DNA of 64,000 nucleotides from Acholeplasmataceae bacterium (GCA_963667565.1 OY763415.1:288001-352000); one strand, 5' to 3'; counted from the first letter of the stretch, positions 10,857-20,303 are shown. The notes: a model not told the origin generated them from the letters alone. Numbers and translations: made by a program.

Positions 10857-11654
10857 ATGTTAATCAATGATACAATATTTTTTGTTAAAAATCATGAAGT
10901 TGAAGCACCAAAAGCAACCGTTATTTTAACTCACGGTATCGCAGAACATTCTGGACGTTACGAAAAATTAGTGGATGCACTTAATGCTCAATCATATCGC
11001 GTCGTCAGATATGACTTAAGAGGTCACGGTCAAACAGAAGGACCTAAAGGGAAACTTAAAAGTTATAAACAACCCATTGAAGACCTACATCAAATAGTTC
11101 AAATTGTAAAAGGTGAGTTTAATTTACCAGTCTATCTTTTTGGACATAGCATGGGTGGTTTAATCGTTGATATGTATGGGGTGACATACCATGATGTTGA
11201 TGGTATTATTTCATCTGCAGCAGCAAGTTATTATGTGAAAGATGTTGTTCCATTTAAAGTGATTGGTTATAAATGGTTAAGCTTTGTAAAACTAAAAACT
11301 AATTTTGCTGACCATAAATTATCAAGTATTAGAGAAGTTGAAGAAAGATATATCGAAGATCCACTCAACTTGAAATATTATTATATTTCTCTTGCTGGAG
11401 GTATGATGCTTGGTGGCGTAAGATACTTAAACAAACATCTAAAGTCTTTTAATACTCCAATCTATATCTTACATGGTGGTAAAGATGAGATTGTTCCTAA
11501 AGCATTCTCACAAAGATTTTATGATTTAATCGAAGTAAAAGATAAAGATATTAAATTTTATAACCAATCTCTACATGAGATTTTAAATGATATTGAACAA
11601 GAACAGGTCAGAGCTGACATTGTAGCTTGGTTAGATAAGAGAGTAAAGAAATGA
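10857..11654 (+). CDS. Alpha/beta hydrolase (lysophospholipase/monoglyceride lipase-like)
   Basis: HGIAEHSGRY, DLRGHG, GHSMGG nucleophile elbow, HEILND. Confidence 0.9.
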   Translation: MLINDTIFFVKNHEVEAPKATVILTHGIAEHSGRYEKLVDALNAQSYRVVRYDLRGHGQTEGPKGKLKSYKQPIEDLHQIVQIVKGEFNLPVYLFGHSMGGLIVDMYGVTYHDVDGIISSAAASYYVKDVVPFKVIGYKWLSFVKLKTNFADHKLSSIREVEERYIEDPLNLKYYYISLAGGMMLGGVRYLNKHLKSFNTPIYILHGGKDEIVPKAFSQRFYDLIEVKDKDIKFYNQSLHEILNDIEQEQVRADIVAWLDKRVKK

Positions 11655-12502
11655 ACATATTATTTATAGGAACAGGTGTCATGGGTGCACCTATGGCTAA
11701 GCATTTAGCACATGCAGGACATGAAGTATATGCTTATAACAGAACATTTGAAAAAGCTAAAAAACTTGAACCTATCGTAAAAGCAGTTAAATCATTTGAA
11801 GAAGTGATTCCAAAAGTAGATGTTGTGTTTACGATTGTAGGATATCCTAGTGATGTTAAAGAAGTTTATGAAAAAGTGATTCCAATTGCACAAGAAGGAC
11901 TTATATGTGTTGATATGACAACTTCAAGTCCTAGTTTGGCAAGAACATTATATGAAGAAGCGAAACAAAAAGGCGTTCATATGATAGATGCACCTGTCAC
12001 AGGTGGAGATTTAGGTGCTATTAATGCAACATTATCGATCATGGTTGGTGGTGATATGGATGTATTTTTAACCATAAAACCTCTTTTAGAAGTAATGGGT
12101 AAAACCATTACATATATGGGACCTCAAGGTTCTGGAATGACTGCCAAACTTTGTAATCAAACTGTCATTGCAGGTAATATCTTAGGTGTTGCTGAAGCAT
12201 TGGTTTTAGCTAAAGAAAAAGGACTTGATCAAGATGCAATGCTAGATGTGATTGTGGGTGGTTCTGCCTCTTCATGGCAAGCAGATAGAAATGGTCGAAA
12301 AATGATTTTAAAAGATTATGAACCAGGTTTTTTTATCAAGCATTATTTAAAAGATTTAAAATTAGCTGTTGAAGAAAAAGGTGATTTACCACTTCATGTT
12401 TTAGAGACCGCGATGAAGACATACCAAATATTATCAGATCATGGATTTGAAAATGATGGTACACAAAAAGTGATTGAAGCTTATATAAGAAAGCTGGTTT
12501 AA
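11651..12502 (+). CDS. NAD(P)-dependent oxidoreductase, 3-hydroxyisobutyrate dehydrogenase family
   Basis: FIGTGVMG, DAPVTGG, KLCNQ, KDLKLA. Confidence 0.9.
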   Translation: MNILFIGTGVMGAPMAKHLAHAGHEVYAYNRTFEKAKKLEPIVKAVKSFEEVIPKVDVVFTIVGYPSDVKEVYEKVIPIAQEGLICVDMTTSSPSLARTLYEEAKQKGVHMIDAPVTGGDLGAINATLSIMVGGDMDVFLTIKPLLEVMGKTITYMGPQGSGMTAKLCNQTVIAGNILGVAEALVLAKEKGLDQDAMLDVIVGGSASSWQADRNGRKMILKDYEPGFFIKHYLKDLKLAVEEKGDLPLHVLETAMKTYQILSDHGFENDGTQKVIEAYIRKLV

Positions 12503-12503
12503 G

Positions 12504-13112
12504 ATGATTAATCAATCTTTATTTTGGGAAAGAGAAATATTAGAGATAGAAGATATAAGTAAAATTAAAGAAGGCATAGATGTTATTTTTTATGGTTCTT
12601 CAAGTATCAAACTATGGACAACTTTAAAGGATGATTTTAGTGCATTTCATGTGCTTAATCATGGGTTTGGTGGTAGTAAATTATGTGATGCAACATATTA
12701 TTATAATCGCATGATTGAGCCATATCATCCCAGGTTAGTTGTTGTTTTTTCTGGTTCTAATGATATCGATTTTGATGTAAAAACAAGAAGTTATTCAAAA
12801 CGTGCTTTTAAGCATTTTAAGGCACTATATAATAAACATAGAAAAGTACTTAATACACCTTTTATTTTTATCGCAATCAATCCTACTATCTATCGTTTTC
12901 CATTATATGATGAAGTCAAGAAAACCAATGAACTGATCAAAAATTACGCGATGAAAAAACAAAATCTTTATGTTCTTGATGTCACCGATAAGTTTTTATT
13001 GCATGGTGAACCTATCAAAGCACTTTACCAAAATGATGGTGTTCATTTATCAAGTCAAGGATATCAAATTTGGGTTGAAGCATTAAAACCCATCTTAGAT
13101 GATTTACTTTAA
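12504..13112 (+). CDS. SGNH/GDSL-type hydrolase
   Basis: FYGSSS, NHGFGGS, GSND, DGVHLS blocks. Confidence 0.85.
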   Translation: MINQSLFWEREILEIEDISKIKEGIDVIFYGSSSIKLWTTLKDDFSAFHVLNHGFGGSKLCDATYYYNRMIEPYHPRLVVVFSGSNDIDFDVKTRSYSKRAFKHFKALYNKHRKVLNTPFIFIAINPTIYRFPLYDEVKKTNELIKNYAMKKQNLYVLDVTDKFLLHGEPIKALYQNDGVHLSSQGYQIWVEALKPILDDLL

Positions 13113-13123
13113 AGGATGATTTA

Positions 13124-13498
13124 ATGAAAGCATGGATTAAAACAAAGTTAGATGCAATTAAAACACACGTAAAAATATTAGTCTTTGCTCTTAGTGATTC
13201 CAATTGTCCTTGGTATGCAAAAGCTTTTGGTTATCTAGTGATGATTTATGCATTATCACCCATTGATCTTATTCCTGATTTTATCCCAGTATTGGGATAT
13301 CTTGATGATCTCATCTTAATTCCATTAGGTATAAAAGTTTTTAAAATGCTCATCGGCAAAACAAGATGGTTAGCATATGAAGATTCAATCAAGCAACAAG
13401 GATTCATTCTTCAAAAAAAATGGTATTACGCGTTTTTAGTCATTTTCATATGGCTCATGATCATTTTCATCATTATCAAAAAAATAACATTACAATAG
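13124..13498 (+). CDS. YkvA/DUF1232 family membrane protein
   Basis: YALSPIDLIPDFIPVLGYLDD signature. Confidence 0.92.
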   Translation: MKAWIKTKLDAIKTHVKILVFALSDSNCPWYAKAFGYLVMIYALSPIDLIPDFIPVLGYLDDLILIPLGIKVFKMLIGKTRWLAYEDSIKQQGFILQKKWYYAFLVIFIWLMIIFIIIKKITLQ

Positions 13499-13512
13499 TA
13501 ATGTTTTTTTTA
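13486..13512 (+). terminator. Intrinsic terminator
   Basis: AACATTAC-aata-GTAATGTT followed by a T tract. Confidence 0.65.
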
Positions 13513-13546
13513 TCTTTAGTATATAATAGAAATAAGTAGACACTAA

Positions 13547-14824
13547 ATGAAAGAAGAACTAAACAACATGAATGAACAAAAGCAAATTAAAAGACAGATC
13601 ACAAAATTTGGATTTTATGGTTTTTTTAAAGACTTAAGGTTTTTTGATCCTGTTCTATTAATCTTTTTACATTCATTTGGTATTTCAGCCTTTCAAATTG
13701 GATTATTATATGCGATAAGAGAAGCCATTATTTATATTTTTGAAATACCTTCAGGTGTCTTTGCTGATCAATACGGAAAGAAAACAGAATTGATGATTTG
13801 CTTTATGTTTTATATATCAAGTTTTGTTGTTTTTGCATTTGGGACAAATTTCTACTGGTTTGCACTTGCGATGACCCTATTTGGATTAGGAGAAGCGTTT
13901 AGAAGTGGTACGCATAAGTCCATGATTATGCAATATTTGGATATGCATAACTTAAGTCGTGAAAAGAGTAAGACTTATGGCAAAACGCGTTCTTATTCTA
14001 TGATTGGCTCAATGCTTTCTAGTTTATTTACCATTTATTTAGTGATTGCACTTCCAGAACTTAAATTTTTATTTTTACTTGCAATCATTCCGTATCTTTT
14101 AGATTTGATTTTAATTGCAACATATCCAAATGAACTTAATGATCGTAAACATACAACCTTTAAATTTAAGGAGTTTTTATCGGAAAATAAAAAAGCATTA
14201 ACTTATGCTTTTAGTCATAAGAAAATAAGAAATGTTTTAATCAGATCTTCAAGTTATTCAGCTGTATTTAAAATTTTAAAAGATTATGTTCAATTAATTT
14301 TAATATCCATGCCTTTGACATTATTGCTGTTTAGTAGATATTCATCACAAGATCAAATTGAAATATATGCATCAATCATGTATGCTTTTATTTTCTTAAT
14401 TAGTGCATTTACAACTCGTTTTGCATATCTGTTACTTAAGTATAAGAATCATGATCAACTGACAAGATTCACATGGGTATTTACAGGTTTTGCAACACTA
14501 CTTATTGGTTTTTTTATTAACCAATTACTCATTGTATTTATTGGATTTATACTTATCTACATATGCTTAAACATTAGAAAACCACTCATCGTAGAAGTGA
14601 TGGGTGATTACTCAGATAAGGATAAACGTGCAAGTATTTTATCCATCGATTCTCAATTAACTTCACTACTCATCGTCATCTGTGCACCACTTTTAGGTTT
14701 GATTGCAGATCATGCATCTTATCAAGTCATGTTTATCATTGTAGGTGCAATCATGGTACTTACATATATCGTTTCACTTTTTAATCCAAAACGTATGAAA
14801 TTTCAGACAACAACCCCATTATAA
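13547..14824 (+). CDS. MFS transporter
   Basis: About 12 TM segments; EIPSGVFADQYGKK (motif A variant), GEAFRSGT, GLIADH. Confidence 0.9.
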   Translation: MKEELNNMNEQKQIKRQITKFGFYGFFKDLRFFDPVLLIFLHSFGISAFQIGLLYAIREAIIYIFEIPSGVFADQYGKKTELMICFMFYISSFVVFAFGTNFYWFALAMTLFGLGEAFRSGTHKSMIMQYLDMHNLSREKSKTYGKTRSYSMIGSMLSSLFTIYLVIALPELKFLFLLAIIPYLLDLILIATYPNELNDRKHTTFKFKEFLSENKKALTYAFSHKKIRNVLIRSSSYSAVFKILKDYVQLILISMPLTLLLFSRYSSQDQIEIYASIMYAFIFLISAFTTRFAYLLLKYKNHDQLTRFTWVFTGFATLLIGFFINQLLIVFIGFILIYICLNIRKPLIVEVMGDYSDKDKRASILSIDSQLTSLLIVICAPLLGLIADHASYQVMFIIVGAIMVLTYIVSLFNPKRMKFQTTTPL

Positions 14825-14884
14825 TCTACGAAGTTAGAAGTTTTTCAAAAGAAAATGCTTATCGTTTATTTAATCATTATTATA

Positions 14885-14893
14885 TGTTATAAT
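14885..14893 (+). promoter_or_regulatory. Extended -10 promoter of the cyd-rnf operon
   Basis: TGTTATAAT, then GAGAGG RBS before ATG 14920. Confidence 0.6.
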
Positions 14894-14919
14894 AATAAAC
14901 TGTTGAGAGGCGTGATTAT

Positions 14920-15546
14920 ATGATTACAGTTATACTCGTTTTACTTTTATTATTAATAACCAACGTGATGACAACATCACTAAATATTTTAGCTATTTCT
15001 GGTATATTGATAGCAATCATATATAAATGGAATAAAGTATTTCAAAAAGCTATATTTTGGTATATATTTACTTCTATATTGGCAATAGTTGTAGTCATCT
15101 TTCATGATGTTAATCTTGCGTATTATGTAACAAAAGGATATATATCATTTGCACTCATATGGGTTGTGATGATGGTTGGTGTTTTACCAAACAAATCTGA
15201 ACTTGCAAGAAAGATTAAAAGAGTTAGAGGCGTTTTATCCATTATGAGCTTTATATTAATTACACCGCATGCGATGCTTCATATTTTTCAAATTTACAGT
15301 GGTGTAAATTTATTTGGGATTGTCAGTTATGCACTCATGTTACCGTTAACCATTATTTCATTTCAAATCATTAGAAAAGAGATGAAACCAAAAGATTGGA
15401 TTACAGTGCAAAAAGGTGCATATATGATTTATATTGCATTATTCGCACATTTATTATGGGTAGGTCTTTGGCCAGACAAAGTGATTTATGCAATTTTACT
15501 CACTTTGTATGTCAATAATAAATTGATTAAGGAGTTAAAAAAATGA
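14920..15546 (+). CDS. Ferric reductase-like (MsrQ-like) heme-b transmembrane protein
   Basis: RGVLSI..FILITPH, PLTIISF, W..VQK.AY..Y....H pattern resembles ferric-reductase TM domain motifs; no fused FAD/NAD domain. Confidence 0.7.
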   Translation: MITVILVLLLLLITNVMTTSLNILAISGILIAIIYKWNKVFQKAIFWYIFTSILAIVVVIFHDVNLAYYVTKGYISFALIWVVMMVGVLPNKSELARKIKRVRGVLSIMSFILITPHAMLHIFQIYSGVNLFGIVSYALMLPLTIISFQIIRKEMKPKDWITVQKGAYMIYIALFAHLLWVGLWPDKVIYAILLTLYVNNKLIKELKK

Positions 15547-15731
15547 AAATGATCGAAAAATTAATTTATGCATTCATTGTCTTTGTTGCATTATATGTCA
15601 TTATTGCAGTAGGACTTAGAATATTTGATTTAACAACAACATTTAATGCACACGTGTTTGCAGGGATTATTGCAACTATTGTTGGTGTGTTTGTCTTTAT
15701 TTTCTTGTTAATCAAAAAGAAACAAGCATGA
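15543..15731 (+). CDS. Small two-TM membrane protein (62 aa), possible accessory subunit
   Basis: AAGGAG RBS; ATGA overlap with the upstream gene; two hydrophobic helices and a basic tail. Confidence 0.7.
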   Translation: MKMIEKLIYAFIVFVALYVIIAVGLRIFDLTTTFNAHVFAGIIATIVGVFVFIFLLIKKKQA

Positions 15732-15762
15732 TTTTCATGTACAAAACTAATTTTGAAGAGGT

Positions 15763-16938
15763 ATGAACATGGTAGAAATTTTATCTAGATTACAGTTTGC
15801 ATTAACCATTGCATTTCATTTTATCTTTGTTCCTTTAACTGTAGGACTTATTATCTTAGTATTGATCTTTGAGATTAAATACTATCGTTCAAATGATGTG
15901 CGTTTCAAAGTATTATCAAATTATTTTAGTGATATTTTTCTCATCAATTATGCATTTGGTATCGTTACTGGGATTGCGATGACTGTACAATTTGGTACAA
16001 ACTGGGGCAACTTCACCACAGTAATGGGTGATATTTTTGGTTCTCCACTTGTATTAGAAGCAATTATTGCGTTTTTCTTAGAATCAACATTCAATGGTAT
16101 TTGGTTTTTTAGAAAACATCAGTTATCTAAAAAAGCAAGACTTTTTACTGTATTAATGATTATGATTGGAACAACAATTAGCGCGATTTGGATTATCACT
16201 GCAAATGGTTTTATGCATAATCCTGTTGGAGCAACTTGGGATGGTACAAAAATGGTACTAGACAATTTCTTAGCAGTTGTTCTTAACCCATATGCATGGT
16301 TTATGTTTATTCATAACCATTTAAGTGCGATTTTATTAAGTGGATTTGTTGTTTTAGCAGTAAGTTCATGGCACATGTTAAAAGGTAAAGAAGAAGATAA
16401 AGAAACATTTAAGATTGCAGCACGATATGCTGCTTGGACGATTTTAATCACAGGTATACTACTGCCTTTTGTTGGAAACAGTTATATGAAACTTATTACT
16501 GAAGTTCAACCTACGAAAATTGATATGATTCAAGGTCTACAAACAGGTGTTTTAGAGGCAGTAGTTAGAATCGCATTTAGCGTAATGGTTGGTTTAGGTT
16601 TTGTCTTTATAGGTTTAGGTGTTTACACAGTTATTTTTAAAGAAAAATTTGAGAAATCTCCAACCCTTCAACGTATATTCGTAAAACTTGTTCCACTTCC
16701 ATATATTGCAATTATCACTGGATGGATGGTTACTGAATTGGGTAGACAACCATATATCATCTATGGTGTTATGGAAACATCAAGTGGTGTTTCTGATGTT
16801 CCAGTTCAACAAGTTTGGTTCTCTATTATTACCATTGTTTTATTTTATGCTATTTTATTCATTATGGACTATGTGTTAACGATTACTAGAATTAAAAAGG
16901 GCATATTACCACGTGATGGAGGTGTAACTCATGAATGA
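15763..16938 (+). CDS. cydA: Cytochrome bd oxidase subunit I with near-absent Q-loop
   Basis: SRLQFA..AFH19, QFGTNW, EAIIAFFLES, NGFMHNP, FIH184, QPTK252, VM275VGLG, GWMVTELGRQPY; only 391 aa. Confidence 0.95.
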   Translation: MNMVEILSRLQFALTIAFHFIFVPLTVGLIILVLIFEIKYYRSNDVRFKVLSNYFSDIFLINYAFGIVTGIAMTVQFGTNWGNFTTVMGDIFGSPLVLEAIIAFFLESTFNGIWFFRKHQLSKKARLFTVLMIMIGTTISAIWIITANGFMHNPVGATWDGTKMVLDNFLAVVLNPYAWFMFIHNHLSAILLSGFVVLAVSSWHMLKGKEEDKETFKIAARYAAWTILITGILLPFVGNSYMKLITEVQPTKIDMIQGLQTGVLEAVVRIAFSVMVGLGFVFIGLGVYTVIFKEKFEKSPTLQRIFVKLVPLPYIAIITGWMVTELGRQPYIIYGVMETSSGVSDVPVQQVWFSIITIVLFYAILFIMDYVLTITRIKKGILPRDGGVTHE

Positions 16939-17959
16939 TATCTTTTTAGGTAATGCATTATTCTTCATCATCGCATTTGCTTGGATCGTTTATTTAACCC
17001 AAGAAATATTTATTACAGGTTCAAGCATATTTCAATTAATCGTTGCTAAAACAGAAGATGAGAAAAAACAGATTCAATACGCTTCAGGTCTCCATTGGGA
17101 TGGGATTGAAGTTTGGTTACTTGCAGCATTAACGATGACATTAGGTGTATTTCCATTAGCACATGCAATGACATTTACACATTTGTATGTTGTCATTTTC
17201 TTATTGTTATACGCTATAATCACAAGAGGTATCGTCATTGAAACAATTCATAAACTAGATGGTGCTAAATGGAAAAAATATAATGGTATTGCATGGGCCA
17301 TATCAAGTGGGCTTATCATCCTACTTTTTGGTATGTATCTAACAAATTTATTTCTTGGTTTACCACTTGATCAAGATGGAATGACTGGATCATTCTTATC
17401 TATATTTACGACAACAAATTTAGCTGGTGGTCTTTTCTTCTTAAGTTTAGCATTCACTTCAGGTGCCGCATGGATTAAAATGACAACCGAAGGTGACTTA
17501 GGAGATCAAGCACTAAATGTAGTGAAAAAAACATTTATAAACATATTGGTGCCAGTATTATTGTTACTCATTTTTATGGGATTTAATGTGCATGATCGAT
17601 TATTTGTTGGAACATTATTTACTCAATATCCAATATTGTTTATCTTACCAGCTGTAACAGTCATCTTTGCATTACTTGTCTTATTTTATGGATATAAAAA
17701 AGATTCAAAAAAAGTATTTATATTTTCAATATTAACTTTAGCATTTTATTTAATTACAGGATTTGTTGGAACTTTCCCTGATGCACTTGCATCAAGTATT
17801 GATCCAAGTTACTCTATTTCAATTTCTGATGCTTTAACTCAAACACCCGGAGCGACAGTGATTTTCTTTGTATCTGTTATCTTTTTCCCAATTGTTATAG
17901 GTTATCAAAGTTGGAAATATAGACGTTTTAAAGATAAAGTAAAAAAGGATTTTGAATAG
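16931..17959 (+). CDS. cydB: Cytochrome bd oxidase subunit II
   Basis: Overlaps cydA by 8 nt; HWDGIEVWL, FPLAHA, RG..IE, FPDALASSIDPSYSISI, YQSWKYRRF. Confidence 0.9.
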   Translation: MNDIFLGNALFFIIAFAWIVYLTQEIFITGSSIFQLIVAKTEDEKKQIQYASGLHWDGIEVWLLAALTMTLGVFPLAHAMTFTHLYVVIFLLLYAIITRGIVIETIHKLDGAKWKKYNGIAWAISSGLIILLFGMYLTNLFLGLPLDQDGMTGSFLSIFTTTNLAGGLFFLSLAFTSGAAWIKMTTEGDLGDQALNVVKKTFINILVPVLLLLIFMGFNVHDRLFVGTLFTQYPILFILPAVTVIFALLVLFYGYKKDSKKVFIFSILTLAFYLITGFVGTFPDALASSIDPSYSISISDALTQTPGATVIFFVSVIFFPIVIGYQSWKYRRFKDKVKKDFE

Positions 17960-17969
17960 GAGTGATAAG

Positions 17970-19019
17970 ATGGCAGGAAAAGTAATGTTATGGCCTTCGG
18001 TTAGAAGCAAGTTCATCAAAGAAGAAAACATGAAATTGATTTATCGTGTATTGCTTGTATTATCAGCAATCATGGTTGTTCAAAATGTTTATTTGTATGG
18101 ACTCGTCTATGGTGTTAAACTTGCACTTATGGTTTTAGTATCAATCATACTTACAAGAGAGGCAGAAATTTTATTTTATACACATGATAAAGATATCAAT
18201 CGATTAGAAGCAAAAGAACTTATTAAGAAATCATATCCAGAAATGATGGCAGTCATTTTTGCATTATTAATTCCAATTGGGACACCTTTATGGCTCGTTG
18301 GGTTAGGTGCAGTGCTTGCAACATTACTTGGTAAATTATTGTTTGGTGGATTCCATCATATGATTTTTCATGGTTCAATTGTTGGTGTAATTTTGGTGAC
18401 ATTAGGTTGGCAACAATTAGTTTCTGGTGTAAGTTTTGCGACTTCATTTGATAATTATATATTGACCATTTTATTTGATAATAACTTCTTTAATCAAACA
18501 CTACACTTAGGTGGTATATTTGATCCTCAAACCATGAGTTCTGCAATTGATTTGTTAAATGATGGAACACCTTATGGATTAGGTAAACTCTTTTTTGGAC
18601 TTACACCAGGTGTGATTGCAAGTGGTTTTTTATTACTGCTAACATTTGCATTTTTACTTTTTAAGAAAGCTATAAACTATATGGTTCCAACCGTAGCAAT
18701 CATCGCTTTTTTACTTACCACTTTGTTATTAAATCAATTTGATGTTTCATATACCCTATATTATTTATTTAGTGGATCATTTTTATTTGTTGCAATTTTC
18801 GCAATGACTGATCCAATTACAACACCAGTACCCTTAACTGGTAAAATTATTTTTGGTGTTGTTGTAGGTGCTCTTACCGTATTCATTAGGCAAGCGGAAG
18901 TTTATGAAGAAGGTGTCATCTTTGCATTATTATTCATGAACATGCTTACCCCCATGTTAAATGAAATCTTTAAAGAGAAAAAAGCACCTGTAAAGAAAGT
19001 TGTGAAAGAAAATGAATAA
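17970..19019 (+). CDS. rnfD: Rnf complex subunit D (NqrB family), divergent flavin motifs
   Basis: KLLFGG, LFFGLTPG, AMTDPITTP, FIR, EGVIFALLFMNMLTP; AGGAGTGA RBS before ATG 17970. Confidence 0.88.
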   Translation: MAGKVMLWPSVRSKFIKEENMKLIYRVLLVLSAIMVVQNVYLYGLVYGVKLALMVLVSIILTREAEILFYTHDKDINRLEAKELIKKSYPEMMAVIFALLIPIGTPLWLVGLGAVLATLLGKLLFGGFHHMIFHGSIVGVILVTLGWQQLVSGVSFATSFDNYILTILFDNNFFNQTLHLGGIFDPQTMSSAIDLLNDGTPYGLGKLFFGLTPGVIASGFLLLLTFAFLLFKKAINYMVPTVAIIAFLLTTLLLNQFDVSYTLYYLFSGSFLFVAIFAMTDPITTPVPLTGKIIFGVVVGALTVFIRQAEVYEEGVIFALLFMNMLTPMLNEIFKEKKAPVKKVVKENE

Positions 19020-19575
19020 AGCATTATTCTTTGCAGGATACTTAGCCATTTTAGGGATGTTCGTGACTGCGGTTGCGTATGTTGGATACAATTATACAAA
19101 ACCAATTATTGATGAAAATACAAGAATAAAAATTCAAGAAAACATTGCATTGCTATTTGATCCAGCTGAGGGTTATAAACCTAATGAAAATCAAGAACCT
19201 AATAAATATCGTCAAGATAGTGGTGAATATTCTGCGATTGCAGATATTTATGAAGTATTAGATGCAAACGATCAACTCTATGCACTTGTCTATGACATGC
19301 AAGTTCAAGGTCGTAATGATGTGATTCATGCATTAGTTGCAGTAGATCCATATCAAAGCACAATTTTAGGAGTTGTTTACTATGATCATAGTGAAACACC
19401 TAACATTGGTGAAAAATATACAAGACCTGTTGAAATTGAAAAATTAATTGGTCAAAATGTTTCTGATGTTGAAGTTGATTTTATTGCAGGTGCTACAACC
19501 ACTTGGACAGCATTAGAAAATATGTATGATAAATTATATGATCATTACAGTAAGGAGGTTCACATCAATGGCTAA
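19012..19575 (+). CDS. rnfG: Rnf complex subunit G (FMN-binding)
   Basis: N-terminal TM anchor, HSETPNIG, VDFIAGATTT covalent FMN motif. Confidence 0.88.
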   Translation: MNKALFFAGYLAILGMFVTAVAYVGYNYTKPIIDENTRIKIQENIALLFDPAEGYKPNENQEPNKYRQDSGEYSAIADIYEVLDANDQLYALVYDMQVQGRNDVIHALVAVDPYQSTILGVVYYDHSETPNIGEKYTRPVEIEKLIGQNVSDVEVDFIAGATTTWTALENMYDKLYDHYSKEVHING

Positions 19576-20302
19576 AAACAAAAGACTGACACCAAAAGAA
19601 AACATCATCAAAGGTTTAATTAAAGAAAACCCTACATTTGTCTTAATTTTAGGGATGTGTCCAACACTTGGAACAACCACATCACTTGCTAATGGTTTTG
19701 GTATGGGTGTCTCCGTTTTATTTGTCTTAATTATCACAAACGCGATTATCGCAGCGATTAGAAAAATCGTACCTGCTGAGATTAGAATTCCAGTATATAT
19801 TACGATTATTGCTTTAGTGGTTACGCTACTTGAATGGTTTATTGAAGCACAACTTCCTTCACTATATACAAACTTAGGTGTTTACTTACCTTTAATTGTT
19901 GTTAACTGTATCGTCTTAGGACGTGCTGAGGCATTCGCGTCAGAAAATACAGTCTTTGATTCCATTTTTGATGGTATGGGTATGGGTTTAGGATTTACAC
20001 TAGGATTATCAACACTAGGATTTGTTCGTGAATTACTTGGTACTGGTTCAGTTTTAGGGTTTACATTCTTTGATGCAAATAGTGCAGCCTCATTTTTAAT
20101 TCAACCTACAGGTGCGTTTTTGACATTAGGACTTATTATTGGTGTCATCAACACTGTTAAGATTACAAAAGAGAAAAAAGCTAAAGCCATCATGGATGAA
20201 AAAATCCGTATTGCTTTAGAGAAAAAAGCAGCAAAAGAAGCTGCTAAAAAAGCAGAAGAAGCAGCCAAACAAACACAACTTAAGTTAGAGGAGGCAAACT
20301 AA
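19568..20302 (+). CDS. rnfE: Rnf complex subunit E
   Basis: ENPTFVLILGMCP, RIPVYI, PLIVVNCIVLGRAEAFAS, RELLG; AAGGAGGT RBS before ATG 19568. Confidence 0.95.
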   Translation: MAKNKRLTPKENIIKGLIKENPTFVLILGMCPTLGTTTSLANGFGMGVSVLFVLIITNAIIAAIRKIVPAEIRIPVYITIIALVVTLLEWFIEAQLPSLYTNLGVYLPLIVVNCIVLGRAEAFASENTVFDSIFDGMGMGLGFTLGLSTLGFVRELLGTGSVLGFTFFDANSAASFLIQPTGAFLTLGLIIGVINTVKITKEKKAKAIMDEKIRIALEKKAAKEAAKKAEEAAKQTQLKLEEAN

Positions 20303-20303
20303 T

